DNA of 62,645 nucleotides, counting the filler, from Vermamoeba vermiformis (taxonomy: Eukaryota): assembly GCA_045837725.1 (NCBI GenBank). It is 5 parts of 5 records of this genome, joined end to end, with 100 filler letters (N's around TTAATTAATTAA, not from the genome) between each part and the next. Parts side by side here need not be neighbours in the genome. Positions count along the whole stretch, not along the records: positions 34,287 to 40,691 come from JBEWZL010000241.1; positions 40,792 to 47,601 come from JBEWZL010000242.1; 3 more parts are not named here. One strand, given 5' to 3'. Of this stretch, positions 34,412 to 46,758 are shown in pieces. Positions within the stretch are counted from its first letter, which is position 1, and each line of letters starts with the position of its first letter. Made by a program: the position numbers and the translations under genes. Under the pieces are notes generated by a model. It was not told the DNA's origin and ran no database searches. It saw nothing but the letters and a program-made list of their open reading frames with translations.

Positions 34412-37400
34412 CTACTTCGTAGCGCTGGTAAGCTCATACTTGAAAACGTTAGCAAATTCGTCGATCCAGTTCTTCAACAAATCTTCCAATTGTTTCGTAT
34501 TTTCGCATTTCTTGACGCAGGCAATAAAGTTCTCTTTTCTCGTTGAATTCTTAACGTGCAGCGGTATGATGTCACGCGACAATTGAGTTTTGATCGCGGA
34601 CAATTTCTTGATCTCTTTTCCGGCGATAATTGCGTGAATGCCTTTGATCTCATCGTGGAATTTTTCTAATTTTTTCTTTTTCTTTTCTTTTTCTTTTTCT
34701 ATTTTTTGTTTTTCTTTTTGATCCACTCGATCTAGGCTTTCACTCTCGCTATCGGAATTATCACTTGAATTATCTTCGTCTTCATCATTATTATTCTCTC
34801 TCCTATCATTCAAGCGTGTTTCTTCTTCGTCTTCATCGCTAGAAGGTTCTTCTTCGTCGATCTGATATTTCTCGAACGAATCCGCTTGTTCGTTCCACTC
34901 GCTGACGTTGTTAAAATTAATTCTCTTCAATTGTGTGATATTGAACGTCTTCTCGATAGGATTTCCTTCTAGATCTTCTAGCTTGTAATTTAACTCTGAT
35001 AACTTCTGACGGATTCGAAACGGTCCGTAGAACGGTCGTTTGAATTTAAAATCGCCAGGCTTCTTGATCGCTTGCACTATCACGTAATCATCAACTTCAT
35101 ATTCAACGTTTAATTTGTCCTTGTTATATTGTCGCTGCTGTTCTTCTTTCGCCTTGAGCGTCGCTATCTTCGCTGCCTCGTGCGCCGTTTTTAACGCACT
35201 AATTAAATCATTAATATACTGGTGATTGCTAACGGTCTCTTTCATCTTCGCGCTAATAATAGTGTCCATCGCTATGAGAGGCTCTCGCCCGTGCAACATA
35301 AAATACAGAGAATAACCTGTCGCTGAATGCTTCGTTCTTCGATACGCTAATAGAACAAGTGGAAGCCACTCGTCCCAATCTGACTGTCGTTGATCACAAA
35401 ATATCGTAATCTGGGTCTTCAACACTGAATTCAATCTCTCGACTTGTCCGTCGCACTGAGGATGATACGCTGTAGTCTGCATCTTCTTAATCTTCATTTC
35501 TTCTAATAGCTCGTTCAATAAGTGTGACGTGAACTGACTTCCTTGATCTGATAGAATCTTCTTTGGCAATCCGTGTCTCGGAAAAATCTTCGTTACTAAT
35601 ATTCTCGCGACTTCTCTACTTGTTGCTTCTTTCAATGCGTACGCTTCAGGCCACTTGGTGAAATAGTCCGTAATTACTAGAATATGGCAATTACCTTTCT
35701 TCGAATCGCGAATCGGACCAATAAAATCAATTCCAATAATCTCCCACGGCTCTGATGCTGTGATTGACTTCAATAGTCCTGCCTTCTTACTTCTTGACTT
35801 CTTGCTGAGTTGACACGCAACACATGCTCGCACAAACTTCCTCGTGTCCATTGTCATCGTCTCCCAATAATATCGCTGACGCACTAAATCTAACGTTCGT
35901 TGAAATCCAAAATGTCCTGATGTCAAATCTGAATGACAACTGCGTAAAACCATTCCGCGTAAATTGAACGGAATAACTACTTGAAACGCTGCTCCTTTCA
36001 CTGAATTCTCGACTCTGATTAATGTTCCGTTGTCGTCCAAGAGAAAATGATCCGATGCTGCTGCTATTCTTGCCTTCTCAAACTCGTCTTCTGGTTATGT
36101 TCCGTCAACTAAATAATCAATTAATGGTTTGAGTAGACTGTCACTGCGCTGTTCCGTTGCGATGTTGAAATTATCAAATATTGCCATCACTTGCTGCACT
36201 ATTGGTTCTTGGGATAACGTATCAGCTGCTACGTTAGTCTTGCCAGATCGGTAAAAAATATTGAATTTAAATTCAGATAGATCAATAATCCATCGCGCTA
36301 ATCTTCCTGTCGGCTCCTTCATTGACTTCAACCATGTTAGGCACTGATGATCGGTCCAGATGTCGAACTCTCGCTGGTGTAGATATGCTCGGAAATGCTT
36401 CACTGCCTTCACTACTGCTAAGCACTCCTTCTCAGTCACGCTATAATTCAATTGATGCTTCGTCATTGTCTTCGAAAAATATGCAATTACTTGTCTTCCT
36501 TTCTCTCCTTCTTGCAATAATACGGCTCCTATTGCAAAATTGCTCGCGTCTGTCTCCAGGATGAACTTCTTTTTAAAGTCCGGGAATGCCATTACTGGCT
36601 CCTGTGACAAAAGCTTCTTCAATTGCTCAAATGCTGTCTTACAATCTTCTGTCCAGTTGAATGCTGACTTGTTGCTCTGAATCTCGTGTAGTGGTTTCGC
36701 GACTGTGGAATAATTGGGCACAAACTTTCGATAATAATTAGCCAGGCCTAGGAATCGTTGCAATTCTGTTGTGTTCTTCGGTTCTTCTGCCTTCTGTATT
36801 GCTTCTATCTTCTCGGGATCCATTGATAAACCTTTCTGTGACACAATGTGACCTAGAAATTTCACAGAATCTTGACCCCATTGACACTTCTCGGGCTTCA
36901 CCTTGAAATTCGCTTCATCTAATCTTCTTAATACTTCTTCAATATGCTTAATGTGATCTTCGAATGTCTCGGAATAAATCAAAATGTCATCTAAATATAC
37001 GAGACAATACTGCCATGATATTCCTGTCAATAATACGTCCATTGCTCGCTGAAAAGTTGCTGGCGCTCCTGCTAATCCGAAAGGCATAACTTTAAACTGT
37101 AAATGTCGATTGCGTGTTGAAAATGCTGTCTTCTCCTTGTCTTGTTCTTCTAACAATATCTGCCAATATCCTGTGATTAAGTCAATTGTGCTGAAAAATC
37201 TCGCCTTGCCTAACACGTCTAAGTAATTGTCAATCCTTGGTAACGGATAGGCGTCAATGATTGTCTTCTCATTCAATGCTCTAAAATCAACACAAAATCT
37301 CAATGTTCCATCCTTCTTCTTCACTAGAATTACTGGTGAGTTCCACGCACTGGTGCTCTCTTCAATGACTCCTTGCTTCTCCATCTGTTCAACTTGTCTG

Positions 37401-38413
37401 TCAATCTCTTCATGTTCTGCATGTGAAAGTGGGTACTGTCGAATCTTCTTAGCATTGTTGTCCTTGGTTGGGATTGTGTGCTTCACAGGTGTGATACCAA
37501 GCTTGCTAGGCTTTTGAAATACTCGTGATCTCTTCTGAAACACATGCCATAACTCTTCCTTCTGTTCTTCTGTCAAATGTGACAACTTCATCTTCTCTCG
37601 CAACTCCTTCATGTCATCTTCTTCACTGTTCTTGACGTCCTGTAGGGTTAATATCTCTCCTTTGGCATTACGACACTCGGCAAAGGGTTCCAAGTTAGCT
37701 ATGGTTCGATTACGCCACAACTTGACTTGCGTATCCGATGCGTTAATTAATAGCACGTGCACTTCATTATCCTTCACATTGACTACAGTACGGCCTATAT
37801 ATACTTTAGGTCGACACCAGTCATCACGCTCTACTACCATTGCTTGCTTCAATTGTGCTGCATTCTCTGTCTTACATTTGATAACTCGCATCTGTCTTGG
37901 TGGAATAATAATACTCTTCTTAACTGTTGCTGTGTCGTACTTGGGCTGGTCAAGATAGTTGATCTCAATCTTCACTGCTGAACCTTTGTCTGGTGTAATT
38001 GTACGAGTCTTCAAGTCCATGTTCAAAGCAAACTGATCCATGATATCAAGTCCCACTAAAATGTCCTTACTGAAGTTCGGGACATAATAGAACTGACACG
38101 CATGTACCACGCCACCGATCGCGACGTTCGCTCGAACAAGACCTTTGACTTCGATTTGATGTTGACTTGCCGAAGTTAATGCTGTCTCAAACGATTGAAT
38201 AATAGTCTTATCTTTCAATAACTTAAATGTACTTTCATTAATAATCGAAGCACTAGCTCCTGAGTCAATGATTGACTTTACATTCTCGTTGTCTATTGAT
38301 ACAATTGCGTTCATTGGCTTGTAATAGTTGATTAATAATATCTCTGAACGCTGAGGTCTGCTGTCACTCGTGGACGAAGAACGACCTACTTCTTCGCCAC
38401 TGTCTCTTTTCCC
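34412..38413 (-). pseudogene. pol: Gypsy pol (protease, RT, RNase H, integrase) with one in-frame stop at 36095-36097
   Basis: IIDSGAS, YLDD, LETDAS, HHCC and DDE motifs. ORFs 36095-38467 and 34412-36040 share a frame and are separated by a single TAA. Confidence 0.92.
38354..38413 (-). promoter_or_regulatory. -1 ribosomal frameshift signal (slippery heptamer + pseudoknot)
   Basis: G GGA AAA in the gag frame (38413-38407), a 6-nt spacer, then stem GTGGCGAAGAA/TTCTTCGTCCAC. Loop AGGTC can pair with downstream GACCT. pol is in the -1 frame. Confidence 0.75.
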
Positions 38414-39576
38414 GCATTCTCGGGACAGTCCTTCTGAATGTGTCCTTGCTTTTGACACGTGAAACAAATGCGCTGTTCAACGAACTGATGACCACCGCGA
38501 CCACGACCACGACCGCCAAAACCACGGCCTCGACCGCGACCACGGTAATTCGATGCAAAACGCTTGATGAAGTTGACCTCCTTCTCTGACAACTGCAAGG
38601 TGTTGACATTCGAGCTCACAGTAGTTCCTGCGTTAGTCTTCTCCGCGTGCCAAATAGCACGTGTTCGAACAATAACTTCATGTAAAGTTTTAAATTTATC
38701 TGATTCTCTTGAAACCAAATTTCCAACGGACTTAGGATGTAACGCGTTGATAAATAACGACATCGCAATTTGAGGGTCAAAAGTTGTTTCGGTAGATTCA
38801 ATTTCATTGTAAAATCGTAAAATAAATGCTTCCAAATCTTCCGTTGGTGACATTTCAATTTTTAAAGTCTTTCGTAAAGCGATGTTACCTTTAACTTTGT
38901 CACCGAATCTCTGAATGAAGCTCTTCTTCACTCTTCGCCATTTCTGTCGCGTGTGCTGATCCAATGTCTTCCAAAAGACCGCTGATACGTCATCCAACTT
39001 ACAACGTACCACGAACAGAGTTTCGTCTTCTGTCCACGACAATGATTTCTTGAAGGCTGAAATCATTTCGCACCAACGCTGCACTCCAACGCTCTTCTTT
39101 GTGCCAAAAATCGGCAGTTGCTCATCTGAGGGTGTCTTGAACCCTTGTCTGACGACGTAGACCATCTCACCGTCGCTATCACTGTCAGAGTCAGAGTCTG
39201 GTTCGTCCTCGCGAACCATCTCGGCGTTAGTTTTTATGGATTTATTCAAATTTGTGAACTGTTTATTTGACACATCCGATTTAATTTCCTTCAATTGAGG
39301 TTCTGGTTTGACCTCTTTTAATTTCTCGTCACCGCCATAGGAAATTTCTTGACGGGATGTATTATTTGAAAAATTACCAGATTCTAAACCGAAATTCAAT
39401 TTATTTAAAATCTTTTGAAATTGATCATCTAAACTGTTTATACGTTTTCTTACATCATCAGTCAACAAGCTCATTTGTTGTGCAACTTGTTCGTTATACT
39501 TCGCCAATTTACTTTCGATGAGATCTACCATATCTCCATCTCGCGAGTCTAAACTATCGTCATAATCGTTGCTCAT
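38386..39576 (-). CDS. gag: Gypsy gag with CCHC zinc knuckle
   Basis: ATG at 39576 (MSNDYDD), RG-rich region and CFTCQKQGHIQKDC. Confidence 0.92.
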   Translation of the reverse strand: MSNDYDDSLDSRDGDMVDLIESKLAKYNEQVAQQMSLLTDDVRKRINSLDDQFQKILNKLNFGLESGNFSNNTSRQEISYGGDEKLKEVKPEPQLKEIKSDVSNKQFTNLNKSIKTNAEMVREDEPDSDSDSDSDGEMVYVVRQGFKTPSDEQLPIFGTKKSVGVQRWCEMISAFKKSLSWTEDETLFVVRCKLDDVSAVFWKTLDQHTRQKWRRVKKSFIQRFGDKVKGNIALRKTLKIEMSPTEDLEAFILRFYNEIESTETTFDPQIAMSLFINALHPKSVGNLVSRESDKFKTLHEVIVRTRAIWHAEKTNAGTTVSSNVNTLQLSEKEVNFIKRFASNYRGRGRGRGFGGRGRGRGGHQFVEQRICFTCQKQGHIQKDCPENAGKETVAKK

Positions 39577-39585
39577 CTCAACCGT

Positions 39586-39599
39586 GTGCTTCGCTACCA
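39586..39599 (-). promoter_or_regulatory. Primer binding site, probably initiator tRNA-Met
   Basis: TGGTAGCGAAGCAC, 2 nt after the LTR end (..TTACA). TGGTAGC is typical of an iMet PBS. Confidence 0.75.
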
Positions 39600-39636
39600 A
39601 ATGTAATGAACGGTGTTGTTTATATCAAATAATACA

Positions 39637-40691
39637 AGACCAGTTATGCTAAAACTCCAGCGCCATATATAGTAGGTAAAAAATGTTATATTTACTACAA
39701 TTTTAGGTGATTTTACATGTTGTTATACTCATTAATAAATGGTTGCAGTAGCTGTTTATCCTTATCACTTAGATCACTTATATTCTCCCAAGTCCAGTCA
39801 TTTTCTTTTGGATAATGTTGCCACTGTACTAATGCTGTTTGCTTTGCATGATCATAACCTCTGATGTGCAAAACAGTAGAAGCTTTTGGCTGTTCCTTAT
39901 GTGTTCGCTTGAAATCATCTAACTTATGTTGGGCATCTTCTAACTGATCTTCTGTCAGCCACTCATCATATTTGTCATCAGACCAATTGTTATACTTGTC
40001 ATCCTTAAATTTAACCTTGTATTGAATTGAGCCATTAACTTGACGACACTTAAGAATTTCTCTAACTTCAAATACTCTGGAGCTGAAGTCCCATTCATCC
40101 CACTTGTCTTCATAATCAAGTTTGATTTCTGGGAGATGAGCAATTGTTTTCTTAATTTGGCGCATTACATTAATACGTTGGGATGATAGAGGAGTTGTAA
40201 CAAATGATGGCAACTGTTCTGGAAATGAGACTGTCTGCTGATGTTTTCTTAAAAGTATGGGTTCACTCCATGCATCATCGCTCTTGACTCTCACTCTTAC
40301 ACTGCCTGGATGGTCTTTTGAGAACCAAAAGTGATAGTTTTCTGATACTTTTAATCCTTTAGGTTTGGTGTAATTACTGTCTAAAAACTTCTTGAAGTTT
40401 TTTGCATTGCAATTCCTGAAGTCTTTGATAGTCTCACGATAAGATACACTTTTTTTCACATTCTCTATTAATTGTTCAATGTTCCATGCATCAAGTTTAA
40501 TGATCTCCTTGCCAATCTTTCCAAACCATCGATCTGGACCAAATTTGGTATGGCCAGGAATCATGAAGTCCAGTTTAATATCATCTGCCCATCCAAGATC
40601 AATACACGAACAAAAGAATTTGAGGACATGCTGATTCTTATTTTGACCAGAACAGTTGTCTGCAGCAAAATGTAGAAGTCGATCGGTTTCC
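39637..40691 (-). mobile_element. 3' end of a Sola/DUF7869-like DNA transposon inserted in the Gypsy 5' LTR
   Basis: LTR identity stops sharply at 39636. The transposase stop lies 76 nt beyond that point. Confidence 0.75.
39713..40691 (-). CDS. Sola/DUF7869-like transposase C-terminal part with two tandem chromodomains (cut by the gap)
   Basis: AADNCSGQNKN, MIPGHTKFGPDRWFG. Chromodomains FEVREILKCR..QYKVKF..DEWLTEDQL and TVLHIRGY..LVQWQHYP..WTWENISDL. Confidence 0.88.
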
Positions 40692-40791
40692 NNNNNNNNN
40701 NNNNNNNNNNNNNNNNNNNNNNNNNNNNNNNNNNNTTAATTAATTAANNNNNNNNNNNNNNNNNNNNNNNNNNNNNNNNNNNNNNNNNNNN
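40692..40791. other. Artificial scaffold linker
   Basis: 100-nt N-run with TTAATTAATTAA. Confidence 0.97.
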
Positions 40792-41017
40792 TTCAAACAA
40801 GACTATCACATCCAAAAAAATAATGGAAAAATAAACAAAAATTAACCACCCATCCAAATAATAAGTCCGACACAGGATGCTGACGTGTAATAAGGTATTA
40901 AGTTGGTATAAGCTAAGGCTGTATTTTACAATGAGTTGGAAAGCTATCAAATATTTTATTTAATTTTTTACATCTGCTGGTCCATTGGGTCATTCTTGAA
41001 CCAAGCACTAAGAGGTA

Positions 41018-41621
41018 TTACAAAATCCATTTTAAGTGAGAAGGGGCATATTTAGGATACTCCAAGTCACCAGCATTGTCTTCTGAGTTTATAAATCTAT
41101 AATGAAGGGGCAATGTGCCTTCTGGAGCCAGATCTCTTTTGTTTAACTCACGTCTGACTTGCTGCTTGTTGAGGATCTGTTACTAGCAGTTGGAACCTGT
41201 TGCATTCGAATTACCACCCTTGAATGTCACATTAGAGCTCTTCTTATCATCCAAATGAGCATGTTCAACTCCTTCCTGCAAAGTATTGTATGCTCCGTTG
41301 TCAATCTGAGCAAATCTCAAAGCTTCATTTGTCATAAAATGTTGAGTCACAGTCAACCACCAGAGGTTCCCATGATAGACACTGATGAATGCTTCCTTGC
41401 AGTCCAAAATCTTGTTTTTTGGGGTGCTCTTTGTATGCAAAATTATAAAATACTCGTACCGAATCCAACACCAAAAATGTGGATCTGACTCTGGGCAAGT
41501 TAAAATTCACAGGAGCTTCAGGCCACTTGTACTGCATGTTCATTTGATCAAACACAAATAGCTCACTCAGTTGTGCAAGTAAGTTATGGGAAAAGAAGCG
41601 TTTCATGAGCATTGGAGTCAT
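41018..41621 (-). CDS. Possible small multi-exon gene downstream of the transposase, with a SAP-like segment
   Basis: ORFs 41325-41621 and 41183-41440 join by a 31-nt GT-AG intron. A further exon would read ILNKQQVRRELNKRDLAPEGT. Confidence 0.3.
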
Positions 41622-41662
41622 ACTTTATAAAAGGGTAAACAAAAAAGAGAATAGGTATTTTA

Positions 41663-44600
41663 TTACATTTTTTTGGGTTTTTTAGAAGGAGTGGCTGCTG
41701 AGGATCTTGTTCTTTTCTTTTGCAGCTTGTATTGACTGAAGGCTTCATTTTCGACCCCGTCTGAGTCGTAAAAGTTCTCTTCTGGCTCATAAGTTCGATC
41801 ACCAGCCTCCCAGAGGACATGATACTCTGTTTTATGGGTTTTCTGATTAAATCTCTGCCCTAAAATCTTACTAACTTTCCATTCATGTCCATTTTCTATC
41901 TTCTTTGACATTTGTAATAGAGTTTTGTTTGTCTTTTTAACTTCCACAGGTTTTTTTGCTTGCAGTTTTGGAACAAGATCAAAAACCGTTGATTGTGCTT
42001 CAGTAGGAATCAAACACTGTCCAGAAGTATCCAATAGCTGTTGCCAGAAAGCCTTTTGCTTATCATCCATAAACGAATGAAATTTGTTGTGTTGAATCTC
42101 TGGAAAGTTTGCATACTTTGGATGCTTTTCTAAGGGTTGTCCAATAGGATTAGAAGTAAAAATAATATGTCCTAAGCCCTCTGGCCCTCCATCCCACTGT
42201 GCATCTGTTGAATATTGTTTCACAAATAGCCTTGGCAGTGATGTAATCTTGTACTGATTTTGTTGTTGTAGAGTTGGTTTCTTAAGCAAAAAGCAATGTA
42301 GCTTTTGGTGGCCCTTCATGGGATTTGCAAACTGATTGAACCAAATCTTCCAACAATAAGCTCTTTTGAAGTTCACCACCACTGGAGGTTTGGAATATGC
42401 CTTGGAGACACTTTGCAATAAGTCTTCATATGAGAGAGCACTATTCTTTGAGAGATACACATGAATTGCTTGAAATAATTGATCAATATCTTCATGAGTG
42501 TGACCAGGTATCATGGTTGAGTAATATACTTCATCAAACAATCCCAAATGCACCAACAAAGCACAAAAACACAAGAAGTATCGGTTCTTTGATTCGGCTG
42601 CACTATTATCTCCTTGAAGGTATAAAATCCTTGGTTTTGAGTCTGACTGGCTTAGAGCTCGAACAAGGTGGTCATGTAGTACACTAATGTGGAAGTCTGC
42701 ATCCATTTCCCAGTGATCATTTAGAAAGAAAACAAATTCATTTAGTCCCAAGCCATGGTTTTTAACTCCAATTAAGCCAACCTAATTATTAACGTTAAAC
42801 AAGTAATGAAAAGAATGTTTTACCTTTAGTAAAGTTAAAAGCTCTGCTGACTTGAGATAGGGAATCAAATGTGGTAGCAAAATATCCTTTGTCTTGTCAA
42901 TTATCAAACTCATATAACAAGCTGGGTGCAATGTAGCCAAAAGTCGTCTTTCACAGTAAGGTAATCGTTCGGAGGAGTGTTGTTGTGTATGCTGTGCTAT
43001 CTCTTCTTTTAACTTAGAGATGTCTTGTAGAGTTTTGCATTTGAGCTGTTTTTGCTTAAGTGAAGTGCACGTGCCACATTTGCCCAATCTGGTAGTGCTT
43101 GGTTTTTTGACATGCTAATTAAGTAAGTAATATTATTCCAAGAATTGACCAAATTTACAGCACTTACTGAATAATACTTCTTTCGAACCTTTTTGAATGT
43201 CTCATACGAGGCAAGTGATGTTTGAGGAACATCTGCCATCAGCATTTCTGAGCTATAGAGTTCGTACCATTGTTTGTTTCTGCAGTAGGTGTTATTCAGT
43301 AGCAAGGTAAGCAAACACTTACGTCATGTGACATGGGAGGTATATTTTGTTTTTATCAGGGCGATAGTCGGCAAAAAAAGAACAATATACTGCTATCCAT
43401 ACTCTAACCGATAGCTTTTTGGGGCCACGTTCAATTCCTTGTCGATTCACACCTATCGGTACCATGCCTTCATTAAGAGAGATTTGTCGAGCTTTGTACA
43501 ATTTTTGTAATGAATAACCATGTAAAAATGCAAATGATTTTGCACAAATTTGTTTGTTCTCACAACTCCACTTCACCTCTTCTTCCTCTCTATGTTCATC
43601 AATATAATCAACAAGCCATTGCAATGCTTGTTCTTCTTTCATGGCGCATCTTTTGCTGCGCTTATTAAAAACCAAGGATAAATTAAATTTCGAAATGCAC
43701 CTTTTAATTCCATTCCCAATATCTACTTTGTCCAGTAATTTGTTTGATTTTGGAAGCTTGGGCAGTTTAAACAAAGAGTTAAAATCATCTTTGTATGTTT
43801 GATCCAGTTGAGGGTCAACTTGATCTACAACTGGTTGAAATAAAGTTTGAAAATCAGACATTTCAGAATTCAGTCCAACTTCGCAATATATGAAATAATG
43901 AGCATTACTTTGAAACTGTTTGCGGCTGAATTGTGAATAGGAGAACAATCCAGTGAGTTGCGCCACTCCATTATTAGTATTCCCATCATAGTAATGAAAT
44001 TGTGTCCCAATCTTAACCATTGCTCTGCAATGGCCTTCCCAAATCGACAAGATACCATAGAGTTCATATTCTTTTGCATTAACCAGCATTACATCATCAA
44101 TTTCATATCCTCCAACAAGCTCCTGAAAGACACATGTTAATTCTTTTACGAAAAGTATTTATCTTACGTCAGACAGTCCAGCATCAACATTGATGATTAG
44201 TACACTAGGTAGGCTTTCCCAGATGATTTCATTTTGCTGCTGTAGCTGACACCTAATGTATATAAGCAAGCATTACTTCACTTGTGTTTACTTACAAGTA
44301 ACAAATCATAAGCGTTTTTGATTGAAAGTAAGATTCAATGCCTTTCGAAATGCTTTGTAGCTGAATTAGATCTTGTTCCATCAGGATAATGCAGTATTCA
44401 GTAAACGACATTGTGAAGTCATGCTTACAAAAAGTGCAACATCCTCTTTTTGTGTATTTGGTACAAAAAAAACTTGTATCGCTGTCAAGGATTGGTTTGA
44501 GACATGAATATATGGCTATGAACTCCCCCGGTTGCCATTGTTCAATATCGTTCTGTTGGTAACCCACCAAAATGTCTCTTAATTTGTGAATGTTTTTAAT

Positions 44601-44837
44601 ATAATCGTTCATCGAAAGCTCTTTGAATTGGTTTTCCATATGTATCCACTCTCGAATGATCTTGAGATATTTTGAATTACTTTGTTTTTCCAGTTTTCGC
44701 AATGACTCCTTTAATATAAAGCAAACACTTTCAAGAACGCATAAATTTACTTTGCCTGCGAAACGGAAAAACGTTAGTCCGGATGAATTTTTGGATTTAG
44801 CCAATTTACCTCCATAGCCCCACTTAAAGCCTTGCAA
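41663..44837 (-). CDS. Multi-exon fusion: USP-like protease + Sola/DUF7869-like transposase + chromodomain
   Basis: GFKWG..VNLCVLES, LPSVLIINVD, and YELYGILSIWEGHCRAMV..YYDG in the same ORF as the transposase N-terminus. IIDKT, LYLQGDNSAAESKN, PGHTHEDIDQLF. Chromodomain WKVSKILGQR..EYHVLWEAGDRTYEPEENF. Confidence 0.85.
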
Positions 44838-45295
44838 ACTAACGTCACCGTTTACTTAAAACAAATAATTATTATTTTAACTTATTATTGTTAAAATCAA
44901 AGCTACGTTTGGATTATTGTCGGTGGATTTTGGGTAATAAAAAAGAGAATTTGGGCATAATTTTCATACAAAAGCATTTTCTAACGATTTAACAATTGCT
45001 TACCAATATGTGATTTATACAAAAACTACAATATTTTGCTTACATTTATCCATTATATAGCAATTGAGTTCCACGGGTGTAAATCCAGCTCAATTCGATT
45101 GCAAGATAACCAATCAACCTTTTTGCGAAAATTCCCAACTGTTGGTTGAAATTGTGCTGTTCAACTAAAAATAATTGTTGAATTGCCAATTGAACCTCAA
45201 GTAACGCAGTTCTATTATCCGGAAAAACACGAACAACCATAAAAGGAAAGACCAATAATTTTTAATCATTACCACTACAAATTGTAATAAGAACA

Positions 45296-46423
45296 ATGGA
45301 TGAGACAAGTGATTCAGTTAGTACTTTACCACAAGAGAAGGCATTGAAAACAGAAGAGGATAATAATACCAAAGAATATGCACATCCGCCGGATACAGAG
45401 AGAAATAGTGAAGGAACTAAGGAAGATGTAACTATGCAATTGAATAATGATGAAAAAAATGAGGACCAAGCAAATTTGCTTGAGATTCAATTTTTGGAGC
45501 CTAACGAAGCCAATCCAACATTTTTTGGATGCGCCAAATACCCAAAATTCACATTAAAAACAAGAGAAATGGCCAGCGATGGAACACATAATTTCATTAT
45601 TATTGCATTTAAAACCAATGGTCCCCTGCAGCTTGTGTACGCCTACAACTATTCAACTTCAGTAGTGGAAGAACTGCCAGCTCAATCAATCACAAAGAAA
45701 CTTGGAAGTTCAGTGCCTTTAGTAGAGTTTGTTAGGGCACGAGATATTTTTCAAAAGACGTACTTAATGAAAACAGACTCAAATAGCAAAGATTCTCATC
45801 CTCCAAGCGGACCCAAAGTAACCACTCCTAAAGCAAGCAAAATAAAGGAGAAAAAAGCTCAAAACACTCCGGCTACTAACCGCAGAAGCAAACGATTGGC
45901 CAATGCAAAGGAACAAAAGCCTCCACAGAAAAAACGGCAAAAATTTGAGCCAGTAATCGAAAAGAAAAAGCGAACGATAAAGCCAAAACCAACGGAGAAA
46001 ATTGAAGAGAGCTCTAGTTCCACTTCCGAGACTGAGAGACAAGTCCACTCTGGAAAGCCCTTGCCCAAAGTTGCCAAACCAGCAACGACGCCAAACGTTG
46101 CACCAGCTGCCGGAATTCCCTCTTCACCTCAGCTTGACATTGCCGAACCTAGCATTGACCTGCCGATCACTACAGAGGCACCTAAACAAATTTGCAAGAC
46201 TTCTGACACCGCTTCGGCACTGCCTTCGGTTGAAGTAGAAGGAACTATCCCAATGTCAATACACACAATGCAATTAGCAAAAATACGGCAAATGTACCTT
46301 TTACATACTATTGCTAACTTGCAAATGAATGAAATGCTACAACTAACGGATCCAACAGTTTTTATTCGAAGTATTGAGAGCGGCAATCACCCTCTCATTT
46401 GTAATCGGGTACTTAACCGATAG
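45296..46423 (+). CDS. Divergent accessory ORF2 of the second protease-transposase element
   Basis: 375-aa ORF: acidic start, beta-rich domain, basic/SP-rich linker, helical Q/M-rich end. Same layout as 4349-5804. Confidence 0.7.
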   Translation: MDETSDSVSTLPQEKALKTEEDNNTKEYAHPPDTERNSEGTKEDVTMQLNNDEKNEDQANLLEIQFLEPNEANPTFFGCAKYPKFTLKTREMASDGTHNFIIIAFKTNGPLQLVYAYNYSTSVVEELPAQSITKKLGSSVPLVEFVRARDIFQKTYLMKTDSNSKDSHPPSGPKVTTPKASKIKEKKAQNTPATNRRSKRLANAKEQKPPQKKRQKFEPVIEKKKRTIKPKPTEKIEESSSSTSETERQVHSGKPLPKVAKPATTPNVAPAAGIPSSPQLDIAEPSIDLPITTEAPKQICKTSDTASALPSVEVEGTIPMSIHTMQLAKIRQMYLLHTIANLQMNEMLQLTDPTVFIRSIESGNHPLICNRVLNR

Positions 46424-46758
46424 CTTAAAAACCTCAAAATAAACCCAACGATTATCCATTAACAGCTCTATTGCTACCACAGAGTCATCTTCGGCACCTG
46501 GAACTATTTTGCTCAAGTTCTTTCTACCATTGTCGTTTAACTCATCGGACACCAATTCAAGACTTGTGCAGTACTCCATAAACGCACCAACAATTGGACC
46601 TACGATTCATCAGCTACTACCAAAAAACAGAAATTTGGTACTTACGTATTTTGCACGGAAATTGAAATGGAATTCGATCCGGAAACTCCAATTTGATTGT
46701 GCAGTCTTCGAGTAAGTAAATTTCGAAACTTATAACTTATGTTTTAACTTGTTACAGC

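Larger units (their letters stand above)
34287..39636 (-). mobile_element. Ty3/Gypsy LTR retrotransposon, nearly full length, 5' LTR interrupted
   Basis: Order gag-PR-RT-RH-IN. PBS, PPT (34387-34399), 3' LTR 34287-34386 and matching 5' LTR remnant 39602-39636. Confidence 0.95.

Noticed and set aside
39637-46423. Treating the transposase fragment on contig 3 and the element on contig 4 as one element
   Set aside because: They are separated by an artificial linker, and each has its own catalytic C-terminus (GHTK versus GHTH type).
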